Below are positions 36,555-49,621 of a stretch of 64,000 bases of DNA, piece after piece (position 1 is the first letter of the stretch; each line of letters starts with the position of its first letter). The DNA comes from Squalus acanthias (Eukaryota): positions 87,608,001-87,672,000 of the forward strand of contig CM059432.1 in assembly GCA_030390025.1 (NCBI GenBank), read 5' to 3'. The notes beneath the pieces were generated by a model. The model was not told where the DNA came from, did no database searches, and saw only the letters and a list, made by a program, of their open reading frames with translations. The position numbers were made by a program, and so were the translations under genes.

Positions 36555-38155
36555 TGTAGAGTTCGCAATTATCGCGATTCAAAATAACATGAGAGAAGCA
36601 GATTCAATTGATCAGTTTTATTAAACGAAATGCTGTCCTGATAATAAAGGACACAGAAGCCTGTAAAATGGCCGCCGCGCATCGTGGCAGAAGCTTCCAG
36701 AGACACAGTGGGCAGACAAGATGGCGTCGAATATACATTCAGTATGAGATTGGATCATACTCGGTACACATTGATAAAGACAGGATGCAACCCGTTTGCA
36801 TTTTGAACAATAGCAATGATATAAGTGCTGGAATCGTGTTCCTATGCACAGTAAGGATCATTGAACTGGGCCATCGAGGCCCATCCAGACACATCAATAC
36901 ACAAATACCCCCCCGGCTCAACAATGAGAGAGACATTGGCGGGTGATTAAGCAAGTATTCGGGGGGCCCCAAAACCAGTCGAGGAGATGATTCATACACA
37001 TCCTGGCTGGCTCTACAATGGGGAAAACATTAACGGATAGTTGGCCAGTTTCAGGTGCTACCGAAACCCGTTAAGAAGATAATCGCCCCATGCTGGGAGT
37101 TTTAAGCGCCAAAATCACACAAAGGATAAACATTTAGATTTGAGCGGGAGATAAAGCGGACACAACAGTATAACTATAGAGAACAAATGTCCATCGGTCT
37201 CTTATCCTCTGGTATCGCTCTCCTGGACGGGCAGCCTTTTGTTTTTCTCTCTGGACTTTGTTGACTCTTGACTCTTAGCCGTACTGGTCGGTTATTCGAG
37301 TGTTGGGTGGAGCTCAATCGGAACGAGCCGCCTCGACAAGGGCAAGTAACAGGGCACACCATCCCGAGTGTCGGTAAACGGTGTCTGGACCCGGAGGCCC
37401 GAGAAGAGAAGAAGACGAGAAGAAATTCCACGTGCCGCCACGGTCAGTAAACCCCGACCGCGCCCGAAAATATAACTAAAAGAACTTTCCTTTGAGTTCT
37501 ACCGACTTCTACATGTACCGCAACACAGGAAGATCCTTCTTTGAATTCTAAGACGGTTTGAGTCCATCGACTGCTTCATGACAACAGGGAGTCTGGCCTG
37601 CTTGTCGCAGCAGCGAAAGTAAACAAGTGGGGTGCAGAAACCCTTCCAAACACGTGACAGTCAGGCGCCGCAGCGAAACGAGCTGAGTGCCTCATTTTAA
37701 AATCTCCGAAGTAAAACGAGTGGTGAGCATGATTTCCGATCCTACAAATCCAGACGTAGTTTAGGTATTGTTAAGGGAGGGTGGTTTTTAATAAGGTTAA
37801 GGTATAATGTGTTCCCCTTTTTACGATGTGCCGTGTGTTCTCCATTTCCATAGACCAAGCTTTATGAATGTATGTATACTTGTACTCTCTTTGATTTGCA
37901 CCTATGACATGTATTTCATGATTTTAGACGCCATGCAATAAAGATTTTCATTTCGTGCTATTCAACCGGGTCTATTTGAGTTTTTCTCTGCATTACTGCT
38001 CCTTGCATCTAAGTCCAGGTGTCAGAACCGTAAGGGCGAGTGGGTCGAACCACTCACAGGTGCTTATTGCAAAAAGCTGGCCGGAGACCAGAGCAAGCAA
38101 TAGTATAGGCAACGAAGGCCTAACCTCGCACCAGCACCGTTTGAAACCCCTTACA
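36555..38155 (+). mobile_element. Solo LTR (1,601 bp)
   Basis: TGTAGAG...CCTTACA, 4-bp TSD GAAG (36551-36554, 38156-38159), AATAAA at 37937, CpG-rich, non-coding. Confidence 0.85.
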
Positions 38156-38225
38156 GAAGGGGGAAAAAAATCAGCTGATCTTTTCATTTCAGATTCCTAT
38201 TTAGTAATCCCTGCTGGGAACTTTA

Positions 38226-38401
38226 TGGCAGCAACTTTAACTTTTGGCGATATTTTAAAACGGGCGATATTGTATAGGCCGCCCGCTAAACACCTCTCCC
38301 GAGTTTCAATTCCATTAACTTCCATTAAACACCTCTCCCGAGATTCATTTTCATTGACTCAACAGGCGGCTGATATATCGCCAAAAGTTAAAATGACTCC
38401 C
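38226..38401. mobile_element. Small palindromic MITE
   Basis: 18-bp perfect inverted repeat TTTAACTTTTGGCGATAT (38236-38253) / ATATCGCCAAAAGTTAAA (38375-38392). Confidence 0.7.
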
Positions 38402-38474
38402 TATTGTGCAGATGTCAGGCGAGGACAAGTTGGGGCCCCCAATGATATTATGCTGACACTCGTTGTCTTGCCTC

Positions 38475-39225
38475 AACAACAACAACAACAGCAACATCAA
38501 CTTGTATTTATATAGCGCCTTTAGCACAGTAAAACGTCCCAAGGTGCTTCACAGGAGTGTTATAAGACAAAAAAAAATATTTGACACCACATAAGGAGAA
38601 ATTAGGGCAGGCTTGGTCAAAGAGGGAGGTTTTAAGGAGCGTCTTAAACAAGGAACGAGAGGCGGAGAGGTTTAGGCAGGGAATTCCAGAGCTTAGGGCC
38701 TAGGCAACAGAAGGCACAGCCACCAATGGTTGAGCGATTATAATCAGTGATGCTCAAGAGGGCAGAATTAGAGGAACGCAGATATCGTGAGGGGGTTGTG
38801 GTGATGAAGGAGATTACAGAGATAGGGAGGTGCGAGGCCATGGAGGGATTTGAAAACAAGGATGAGAATTTTGAAATCGAGGCGTTGCTTAACGGGGAGC
38901 CAATGTAGGTCAGCGAGCACAGGGAGATGGGTGAACGGGACTTGGTGCAAGTTAGGACACGGGCAGCAGAGATTTGGATGACCTCAAGTTTACGAAGGGT
39001 AGAATGTAGAAGGCCAGCCAGGAGTACGTTGGAATAGTCAAGTCTAGAAGTAACAAAGGCATGGATGAGGGTTTCAGCAACGGATGAGCTGAGGCAAGGG
39101 CGGAGACGGGAGACGTTATGGAGGTGGAAATAGACGGTCTTAGTTATGCCACGGATAGGTGGTCGGAAGCTAATTTCAGGGTCAAATATGACACCAAGGT
39201 TGCGAACAGTGTGGTTCAGCCTCAG
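38475..39225 (-). mobile_element. 5'-truncated L2 LINE
   Basis: VRNLGVIFD..LIHAFVTSRLDYSNVLLAGL; HWLPVKQRLDFKIL; (TTG)n tail. Confidence 0.9.
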
Positions 39226-39417
39226 ACACACTTCCCTCTTGCAGAAGGTAGCACATAACAGCAGGCAGCAGCAAAGAACTGGAGGAGGACAAGTGCGGTT
39301 GCATGTTTTAATGCCCATGGAAGAGACAGTGCTGGCCATCATGGGAAGGGGCATTGCTGAGGCTGTGGCCACTGGCGGCACTGGAGAGATCTATGATGAA
39401 GGTCTCTGCAATTAGTG

Positions 39418-40790
39418 CCCCAGCAGTCTACTCTTAATCACCAGCAAAATGATGGAAGGTGTCATCGACAGTGTTATCAAGCGGCACTTACCCAATAACC
39501 TGCTCACTGAGACCCAGTTTGGGTTCAACCAAGAGCACTCGGCTCTCGACCTCATTACAGCCTTGGTCCAAATATGGACACAGGAGCTGAATTCCAGAGG
39601 TGAGGTGAGAGTGACTGCCCTTGACATCAAGGCAGCATTTGACCGAGTCTGGCATCAAGGAGCCCTAGTAAAACTGAAGTCAATGGGAATCAGGGGGAAA
39701 ACTCTCCACTGGCTGGAGTCATACCTAGCACAAAGGAAGATGGTTGTGGTTGTTGAAGGTCAATCATCACAGCCCCAGGACATCGCTGCCGGGGTTCCTC
39801 AGGCCAATGTCCTAGGCCCAACCATCTTCAGCTGCTTCATCAATGATCTTCCCCCCAACATAAGGTCAGAAATGAGGAAGTTCGCTGATGACTGCACAGT
39901 GTTCAGCATCATTCACAACTCCTCAGATAATGAAGCAGTCCATGGCCGCATGCAACAAGACCTGGACAACATTCAGGTTTGGGCTGATAAGTGGCAGGTA
40001 ACATTCACGCCACAGAAGTGCCAGGCAATGACTATCTCCAACAAGCAAGAGTCTAACCACCGCCCCATGACATTCAACGGCATTACCATTGCCGAAACCC
40101 CCACCATCAACATCCTGGGGGTTACCATTGACCAGAAAATTAACTGGACCAGCCACATAAATACTGTGGCAACAAGAGCAGGTCAGAGGCTAGGTATTCT
40201 GTGGCGAGTGTCTCACCTCCTGACTCCCCAAAGCCTTTCCACCATCTACAAGGCACAAGTCAGGAGTGTGATGGAATACTCTCCACTTGCCTGGATGAGT
40301 GCAGCTTCAACAATGCTCAAGAAGCTCGACACCATCCAGGACAAAGCAGCCCGCTTGATTGGCACCCCATCCACCACCTTAAACATTCACTCCCTCCACC
40401 ACCGGCGTACCGTGGCTGCAGTATCTACCATCTACAAGATGCACTGCAGCAGCACGCCAAGGCTTCTTCAGCAGCACCTCCCAAACCCGCAACCTCTTCC
40501 ACCTAGAAGGACAAGGGCTGCAGGCACATGGGAACACCACCACATCCAAGTTCCCCTCCAAGTCGCATACCATCCTGACTTAGAAATATATCACCGATCC
40601 TTCATCGTCGCTGGGTCAAAATCCTGGAACTACCTACCAAACAGCACTGTGGGAGTACCTTCACCAAATGGACTGCAGCGGTTCAAGTAGGTGGCTCACC
40701 ACCACCTTCTCAAGGACAATTAGGGATGGGCAATGAAAATGCTGGCCTTGCCAGCGACGCCCACATCCCATAAAAACGAATAAAAAAGAA
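39418..40790 (+). mobile_element. 5'-truncated LINE family B, RT ORF fragment 39449-40690
   Basis: ALDIKAAFDRVWH, GVPQANVLGP, KFADDC; same 3' end as 11362 and 55600. Confidence 0.92.
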
Positions 40791-41427
40791 ATCCTAATCC
40801 TCCTTCTCTCTTCCCACTTCTCCTTCATCCCGCAATCCCTTCTGACTCACAAGCTGCAGATGGTGTAAGGATACACCTCTTACTTTCTCCTCTCCCAACC
40901 CTTGTCTTTTTTTAATTTCAGATATCCAAGAGCTGGAACCTTCCCAGTCAGAGAAGGAAGAGGAAGAAGACAGTGAAGCTGAAGAGATACCATCACTCGA
41001 TCTTACACTTGCAGCCACCAGCTCAGAGATTGATATTGCACGTCCTTTAGTGGATAGGATAGAGGCGGGATCTGCATGTGGTGAGACACCGGGCACAAGT
41101 GTGCAGAGTCCAGGGCAGACGGGAAAAGATAGCACAGGTGCCAGCTTGCCGGAGGGCGAGGTCGCACACTAGTTCTGCTGCAGAGAAGTCAGATGAGGAC
41201 TTTGATGGGCCAGGCTACTGAAGAAGGCTGATAGGTGTACACAACCAATACTTGGTGCACCCCAAAGCCTGCCAGAATGCCTGCACACAGTGTCAAGGAG
41301 CATGGAAGAGTCCAGCACCAACTTGGCACAGGGCTTTGCGCAGACCTTGGAGCCCATCCTTTCCAACATGGAACAGGTGGTCACCTCCATCAGCCCACCT
41401 GTGGAACCAAACATGATGCAGCGTCTG

Positions 41428-41531
41428 TTACTCTGTTTCTCTCTCCACCGATGCTGCCTGGCCTGCTGAGTGTTTCCAGCATTTTCTGTTGTTATTTCAG
41501 ATTTCCAGCATCCACAGTATTTTGCTATTGT
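41428..41531 (+). mobile_element. 104-bp Penelope-like terminal piece
   Basis: 15-bp TSD ATGATGCAGC(G/A)TCTG (41413-41427, 41532-41546); matches 16740-16840. Confidence 0.85.
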
Positions 41532-43276
41532 ATGATGCAGCATCTGATGGCCGATGTCACAGCTTCCATTGCAGCACAAGCAGCTTCCATCAAAGGTCTG
41601 AGTGCTGCAGTGGAATCTCAGGCTGCTGCCCTAATGGGTCTGGATACCACTATTCAAAGGGGCTTCCAGGGTGTCACTGCAGTCCATCAATCTGTCCTCC
41701 AACAGAGTACTAGGATTGCTGAGGCGCCGCCCCAGGAGAGTGGGAGTGGTTCCATGGAGCACAAACTTGCTGGCCTCTTCAGGATGACAGCATTCAAGCT
41801 CCCACCCCTGTCACTCCGACAGTGCCCATGCTGTTGCCTGTCAGCCAGCCAGCCTAGATTGCTGCAGCCGAAGCCGAGATGGCAAAGATGTGATGGTCAG
41901 TGATAGAGGAAAAACAAATAGCATGGGACTGTTGGTGAATGGGGAGGTATAGTTGAGGTTACTAATATCGATCATGAATAATCTGATCACATAGATCCCT
42001 GGCAGAAAGGGCCTGTTTATGCCGTAGCCTCCCTTCCTGCTTCCCCTCTCCACTTCCTCAAACTCCTCCTCCTCTTTCTCGTGCTCCTGCTCCTCAGCCT
42101 CTCGCCTGATAGGTGGTGGCAAGGGCTGTTCCCTCATAATGGCGAGGTTGTGCAGCATACTACCACAAATCTCGATACCTGATCAGCTGAGTACAGCAGA
42201 GCTCCTCCAGAATGGTGCAGGTAGCGGAAGTTTGAAGATGCCGATGGTGTGTTCTATAATGTTCCTTGTGGCAGCATGGCTCTCATTGTAGACCTACTGT
42301 GCACTTGTGCGTGGGTTTCTGACCGTAGTCATGAGCTATGTCATGAGGTGTAAGCCTTGTCACCCAGTAGCCAGCCTTTGACTTGCCATGGTGGTTCAAA
42401 TTCAGGTGGAACGGAGGACTGCTGCAGAATGAAGGAATCGTGACTACTGCCAAGATAACGGGCTTGCATGACGCACTGCCTGTGGTCGCACACCAGCTGC
42501 ACATTGAGGATGGAATCCCTTTCTGTTGATGAAAATGGCCGAGTTCACATGAAGAGAACGTAAGGCAATCTGCAGGCAGTCAATGGCACTCTGCACCATG
42601 GGGAAGCCTGCAATCTGTGCAAAACCTGTTGCATGCTCCACCTGCTTGTCTCTGGCAAGAGGGAATGAGATCAATGTGTTTCTCATTGTATATAGAGCCT
42701 CAGTGACCTTCCTTATACAGCAGTGTACTGCAAATTGCGAGATGTTGCTTATATCTCCAGCAGCAGCCTGAAAGGAGCCAAAGGCACAAACATTAAGAGC
42801 AACAGTCACCTTGACAGCCACAGGCAATGCGGTCCTTGCCCTGCTTTGAAGTTGCAGTTGTGGCTGCAGCAGTTAGCAGATTTCACTCAGGACCTCTTTT
42901 GTGAAGCGAAGACGTCTTATGCATTGGTCTTCGCTGAAGAGAATTGCTCCCTGAAGACCCTCGGCAGATATGGCCTGCTGCTGAGAGTCCTTCTCTCCCT
43001 CCTCCTCCCTCTTCTAGCAGCTTGTCCTGCTCTGCGTGGCCTCTCTTCATTCTCCCAGTCATATTCAATTCCCAGAGGAAGCCCTACCAGGCCATCCATG
43101 TCTGGAAGTATCTTTTTTTAGCACAAGCTTTTAAATACACAAAAGGGACTGCAAGACCAGCCAGACCATTCCCTGTAGTGTACTTAAACATTAGCGAAGT
43201 ATAGGAAAGCTCCAAAAACATATACAATTGCACCACAGCCAGAAGAAATAATCCAGCAACTAACCTGTAAGTACTT

Positions 43277-46200
43277 CATAGAAACATAGAAACATAGAAG
43301 ATAGGAGCAGGAGTAGGCCATTCGGCCCCTCGAGCCTGATCCGCCATTCGATGAGATCATGGCTGATCATCCAAACTCAGTACCCTGCACCTGCCTTCTC
43401 CCCATATTCCTTGATACCTTTAGCTTTAAGAAATATATCTAACTCATTCTTGAATATATTTAATGACTTGGCCTCAACTACCTTCTGTGGTAGAGAATTC
43501 CACAGGTTTACCACTCTCTGGGTGAAGAAATTCTTCCTCATTTCTGTCCTAAATGGCTTACCCCTTATCCTTAGATTATGACCCCTGGTTCTGGACTCTC
43601 CGACCATCGGGAACATTCTTCCTGCATCTAGTTTGTCCAGACCTGTCAGAATTTTATATGTTTCGATGAGATCCCCTCTCATTCTTCTATACTCCAGCGA
43701 GTATAAGCCCAATCGACCCAATCTCTCCTCATATGTCATTCCTGCCATCCCAGGTATCAGCCTTGTGAATCTTCGCTGAACTCCTTCCATGGCAAGAACA
43801 TCCTTCCTCAGATAAGGCGACCAAAACTGCACACAGTACTCAAGGTGTGGTCTCACCAAGGCCCTGTACAACTGCAGCAGGACATCCCTGTTCCTATACT
43901 CAAACCCTTTCGCTATGAAGGCCAACATACTATTTGCCTTCTTCACCGCCTGCTGTACCTGCATGCTTACCTTCAGCGACTGGTGCACAAGGACACCCAG
44001 GTCTCATTGCACTTCCCCTTCTCCCAATCTATTGCCATTCAGATAATAGTCTGCCTTTCTGTTTTTGACACCAAAGTGGATAACCTCGCATTTATCCATG
44101 TTATATTGCATCTGCCACGCTTCTGCCCACTCACCCAACCTGTCCAAATCATCCTGGAGTTTCTCGGTATCCTCCTCGCAGCACACACGCCCACCCAGCT
44201 TTGTGTCCTCTGCAAACTTGGAGATATTACATTTAGTTCCCTTATCTAGATCATTAATGTATATTGTGAATAGCTGGGGTCCAAGGACTGATCCCTGCGG
44301 TACCCCACTAGTCACTGCCTGCCACTCGGAAAAAGACCCATTAATTCCTACTCTCTGCTTTCTGTCCGCCAACCAGTTCTCTATCCAAGTCAATAACTTG
44401 CCCCCAATCCCATGTGCCTTAACTTTACACGCTAATCTCTTATGCGGGACCTTATCGAAAGCCTTTTGAAAGTCCAAATACACCACATCTACTGGTTCTC
44501 CATTATCTATTTTCCCAGTTACATCCTCAAAAAATTCCAGTAGATTAGTCAAGCACGATTTGCCTTTTGTAAATCCATGTTGACTTTGTCCGATCCTGTC
44601 ACTGTTTTTCAAGTGCTCAGCTATTACATCCTTTATAATGGACTCTAGCATTTTCCCCACTACCGATGTCAGGCTTACTGGTCTGTAATTCCCCGCTTTC
44701 TCTCTACCACCCTTTTTGAATAGTGGGGTAACATTAGCTACCCTCCAATCCATGGGTACAGTTCCAGATTCCATCGAATGTTGGAAGATGATCAGCAATG
44801 CATCTATTATTTCTAGGGCCACTTCCTTAAATACCCTAGGATGTAGATTATCAGGCCCTGGGGATTTATTGGCCTTCAATCCCGTCAATTTCCCTAACAC
44901 CATTTCCCTGCAAATACTGATTTCTTTCAGTTCCTCCCTTTCATCAGACCCTATGTTCTCCAACATCTCTGGGAGGTTATTTGTGTCCTCCTTCGTGAAG
45001 ACAGAACCAAAATATGCATTTAATTGGTCTGCCATTTCTTTGTTCCCCATTATAACTTCCCCCGCTTCTGACTGCAAGGGACCTACACTTGATTTCACTA
45101 ATCTTTTTCTCTTCACATATCTATAAAAGCTCTTACAGTCAGTTTTTAATGTTCCCAGCAAGCTTACTTTCATATTCTATTTTCCCCTTCTTAATTAATC
45201 CCTTTGTCCTCCTTTGTTGAATCCTAAACTGCTCCCAATCCTCAGGGTTACCGCTTTTTCTGGCCAATTTATATGCCCTCTCCTTGGATCTTATGCTATC
45301 CCTAATTTCCCTTGTTAGCCACGGTTGAGTCACCCTTTTTGTTTTATTCTTATGCCACACTGAAAAGAACAAATTCTGTAGTTCATCCATGCAGTCTTTG
45401 AATGTTTGCCATTGCCTATCCACCGTCAACCCTTTGAGTGACATTCCCCAATCAATCCTACCCAATTCGCGCTTCATACCATCGTAGTTTCCTTTATTTA
45501 AATTCAGGACCCTAATCTCTGATTCAACGACTTCACTCTCCATCCTAATGAAGAATTCTATCATATTATGATCACTCTGACCCAAGGGGCCTCGTACAAC
45601 AAGATTGCTAATTAATCCTTTCTCGTTACGTAATACCCAGTCTAAGATGGCCTGATCTCTGGTTGGTTCCTCGACATATTGTTCCAGAAAACCATCCCGT
45701 AAACATTCTAGGAATTCCTCCTCCACAGTATTTTTACTAATTTGGTTAGCCCAATCTATATGTAAATTAAAGTCACCCATGATGACTGCTGTGCCCTTAC
45801 TGCATGCTTCTCTAATTTCCCTTTTAATGCCGTCCCCAACCTCCGTATTACTGTTTGGAGGTCTATATACCACTCCCACTAACGTTTTCTGCCCCTTGTT
45901 ATTTCTCAGTTCTACCCATACAGATTCCACATCATCAGAGTTACTATCCTTCCTTTCAATTGTGTTAATCCCCTCTTTAACCAGCAATGCTACCCCACCT
46001 CCCTTTCTTTTTTGCCTATCTTTCCTAAATATTGAATACCCCTGGATGTTGAGTTCCCAGCCTTGGCCACCCTGGAGCCATGTTTCTGTAATCCCAATCA
46101 AATCGTATTCATTTACCTCTATTTGCGTAGCTAATTCATCCACCTTGTTCCGAATGCTCCTTGTATTAAGACACAAAGCCTTCAGGCTTGTTTTTTTAAC

Positions 46201-46300
46201 GCTCTCAGACCTATATGAATTATTATTTACTGTGACCATGTTTGATTTAAACCGTTGAGTTCTTTGCCTTCTACTTTGTTTTTCTCCTTCCTGTCTTTTG
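43277..46300 (-). mobile_element. CR1 LINE with near-complete ORF2 (EN+RT), one frameshift (~45150) and one stop (~44004)
   Basis: ORFs 45139-46239, 44004-45173, 43377-43988; (CATAGAAA)n tail. Confidence 0.95.
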
Positions 46301-48203
46301 CTTAAAATAGCACTGATGGGGTTGGTGGGCGGGGGTGAGTCCTTTTCAGCTGTGCAAGGTTAAGACATGGAGTTGGCTGGAGTGTGAAGTTCCAAAATGG
46401 CAGCGGTAGCGTGAAATCAGCGTTGAATTGTGATTTACGTCATAATCTGCTTGCTCTGCATGCTGCTGGCGGTCGTTAGGCATGTGCACACAAACCCCTT
46501 TACCAAGATGGCATCCTGCACACATTCCGTCTTGGACCCCATTATGAAACCTTAGGTGGCCGTGAAGCACCTAAAAAAAGGGTGCTAAGTTGTCCAATTT
46601 AACCTCCTTTATATTTTGTTTCATTTTTTTTTATCATGGAGTGCTCAAGTCACTTTAGCAACCTGTAGCAGAATTTGGGATTGATTCCAGAAATGTTATA
46701 TTTGATTAATCAAAAAGTGAATGGGAGTTATTTTGGCCATAGGGTTAAAACAAGCACCAAATAGGTGGTGTGCTAGTAAGAAATGCTTACTTGAAAGTCC
46801 GGATTTAGCACGTAATTTTCGGATTAATTGATGATTATCATGATTTCAACATGCCTGCAGGCACTGAAGCCGACAACTGCAGGTTTAGCACTCAAGCACT
46901 GATTAGGTGCAATTTTTCTGGTGCTGTATATGTAGCCTGCCCTCCAGTTGTGGAGTGCGCTGGCTGGGAGTTGAAGGATATCGCAAGGAGCAAGAGAGAG
47001 GGTGCCCAGGTTCTCCAACGCGACACTGGAGGACCTGATGGAGGAAGTAGATAGGAGGAGGGATGTCCGCTAACTGCAGGGGGAAGGAGGCCACAGAGCC
47101 AGCTGATGCGCTGCATGTGGGACGTGATCGCCTGGGAGGTGACAGCCAGCAGCCCTGGCCCCACCACATGGCTCCTGCGCCACAAGAAATTTAATGACAC
47201 GAGTGCTCAAGGTAAGATCCCATCTCACAAAGACACTTCTCAATAACTACAACACCACCACCAGCATCACAACCTCAACACACTGCATCCACCATCTAAC
47301 TATACACTGACATTCACACACCCTACACTATTGCATCCTTCACAGGCACAACTCACATCTCACAGGTCTTCAACCATTGAACAAGGGTGTAACATTTGCA
47401 ATTCTCCAGTCCTCTGGCACCACCCCCGTACCCAATGAGGATTGGAAGATTATGGCCAGTACCTCCGCTATTTCCACCTTTATTTCCCTCAGCATCCCAG
47501 GATGCATCCCATCCAGTCCTGGTGACTTATCTACTTTAAGCACAGCCAGCCTTTCTAGTACCTCCTCTTTATCAATTTTTATCCCATCCAATAGCTCAAC
47601 TACCTCCTCTTTCACTATGACATTGGCAGCATCTTCTTCCTTGGTAAAGACAGATGCAAAGTACTCATTTAGTACCTCAGCCATACCCTCTGCCTCCATG
47701 CGTAGGTCTCCTAATCGGCCCCATCCCTCCTCTTACTACCCGTTTACTATTTATATGCCTATAGAAGACTTTTGGATTCCTTTTTATGTTAGCTGCCAGT
47801 CTATTCTCATACTTCCTCTTTGCCCCTCTTATTTCCTTTTTGACTTCCCCTCTGAACTTTCTGTATTCAGCCTGGTTCTCACTTGTATTCTCAACCTGAT
47901 ATTTGTCATACCACCCCTTTTTTCTGCTTCACCTTGCTCTATATCTCTTTCGTCATCCAGGGAGCTCTGGCTTTGGTTGCCCTACCTTTCCCTCTCATGG
48001 GAATATACCTCGACTGTACCCAAATCATCTCCTCTTTAAAGGCTGCCCATTGTTCAATTACACTTTTGCCTGCCAATCTTTGATTCCAATTTACCCAGGC
48101 CAGGTCTGTTCTCAACCCACTGAAATTGGCCCTCCTCCAATTAAGCATTTTGACTCTAGATTGCTCTTTGTCCTTTTCCATAGCTAACCTAAACTTTATG
48201 ATA

Positions 48204-49218
48204 TAAAAACAGAAAATGCTGGAAATACTCAGCAGGTCAGGCAGCATCTGTGGAGCGAGAAACAGAGTTAACATTTCATGTCGATGACCCTTCGTCAGAA
48301 CTGGAAAAAGTTCGAGATGTAACAGGTTTTTAAGCAAGTACAGAGGCAGGGAAAGGGGGGAGCGGAGGAAAGAACAAAAGGGAAGGTCTGTGATAGGATG
48401 GAAGGCAGGAGAGATAAAGAGACATTAAGAGAGATTAAGAGATGGTGCAAGACAAAAGGAGATGGTAATGGGACAAGTTAAGAAACAAAAGATGGCTCTA
48501 GATGAAGTGTAAATGGCAATGGCAGAATCATCAACAGCTGCCATGTGAGAGAGAGAAAAAAAAATTAAAATAAAATAAAATAAATGGAAAAAAAAGGATA
48601 GGGGCAGAGGTTTTGGTCTGAAATTGTTGAACTCTATGTTGAGTTCAGAAGGCTGTAAAGTGCCTAATCGAAAGATGAGGTGCTGTTCCTCAAGCTTCAT
48701 TGGAACAGTGTAAGAGGCTGACAACGGTGAAGTCTGAGTGAGAGTGGAGCGGAGAATTAACGTGACAGGCGACCGGAAGCTCGGGGTCACCCTTACGGAC
48801 TGAATGGAGGTGTTCCGCAAAGCGGTCACCCAATCTGCGTTTGGCCTCCCCAATGTCGAGGAGACCGCATCGTGAGCAGCGAATACAGTATACTAAATTG
48901 CAAGAAGTACAAGTAAATCGCTGTTTCACCTGGAAGGAGTGTTTGGGGCCCTGGACAGTGGGAAGGGTGGAGGTAGAAGGGCATGTGTTGCATCTCCTGC
49001 GCTTGCACGGGAAGGTGCCGGGCGAAGGGGAAGGGGTGTTGGGGGTGATAGAGGAGGAGAAGATGTGTCACGCTGGAGGTGGCGGAAATGGCGGAGGATG
49101 ATCCGCTAATTTGGAGGCTGGTGGGGTGAAAGGTGAGGACAAGGGGAACCCTATCGTGGTTCCGGGAGGGAGGGGAAGGAGTGAGAGCAGAAGTGCGGGA
49201 AATAGAATGGACACGGTC
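48204..49218 (-). mobile_element. 5'-truncated Penelope-like element with GIY-YIG endonuclease remnant and degenerate hammerhead (48266-48302)
   Basis: NLVYCIRCSRCGLLDIGEAKRRLGDRFAEH (48690-48929); 12-bp TSD AAC(T/C)TTATGATA (48192-48203, 49219-49230). Confidence 0.88.
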
Positions 49219-49621
49219 AACCTTATGATACTATGATCACTGTTCCCTAAATGTTCCCCTACGGAAACTTGATTCACCTGAACCACCTCATTCCCCAGAA
49301 CCAGATCCAGCAATGCCTTCTTCCTCATTGGGCCGGAAGCATACTGATCAAGAAAATTCTCCTGAGCACACTTCAGAAATTCTTCCCCCTCTCTGCCCTT
49401 TACACTATTACTATCCCAGTCTATTTTAGGATAATTGAAGTCCCCCATTATCACTACTCTATAGTTCTTGCACCTCTCTGTAATTACCCTGCAAATTTGT
49501 TCCTCTATACCTTTCCCACTAGTAGGTGGCCTATAGAATACACCCAGCAGTGTAATGGCAACTCTATTGTTTCTTAACTCTAACCAAATAGATTCTGTCC
49601 TTGACCCCTCCAGGACATCCT

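Larger units (their letters stand above)
39226..46607. mobile_element. Decayed Harbinger: Myb exon 2 (~39245-39400, +), exon 3 (~40922-41880, +), transposase pseudogene (~41990-43100, -); left end lost; interrupted by three retroelements
   Basis: KVAHNSRQQQRTGGG vs intact KLAHNRRQQQRTGGG; PVAVKVTVALN..GSFQAAAGDISNISQFAVHCCIR..GFPMVQSAIDC; right end AATTTAACCTCC near 46596-46607. Confidence 0.8.

Noticed and set aside
38010..38055. Twister ribozyme or tRNA gene in the LTR U5 motif
   Set aside because: UAA plus a nested stem is superficially similar, but the twister pseudoknot pairings are absent; the loop is 6 nt and there is no cloverleaf.
39449..40690. 413-aa RT ORF as a functional gene
   Set aside because: 5'-truncated LINE copy with no endonuclease and an altered PQG motif.
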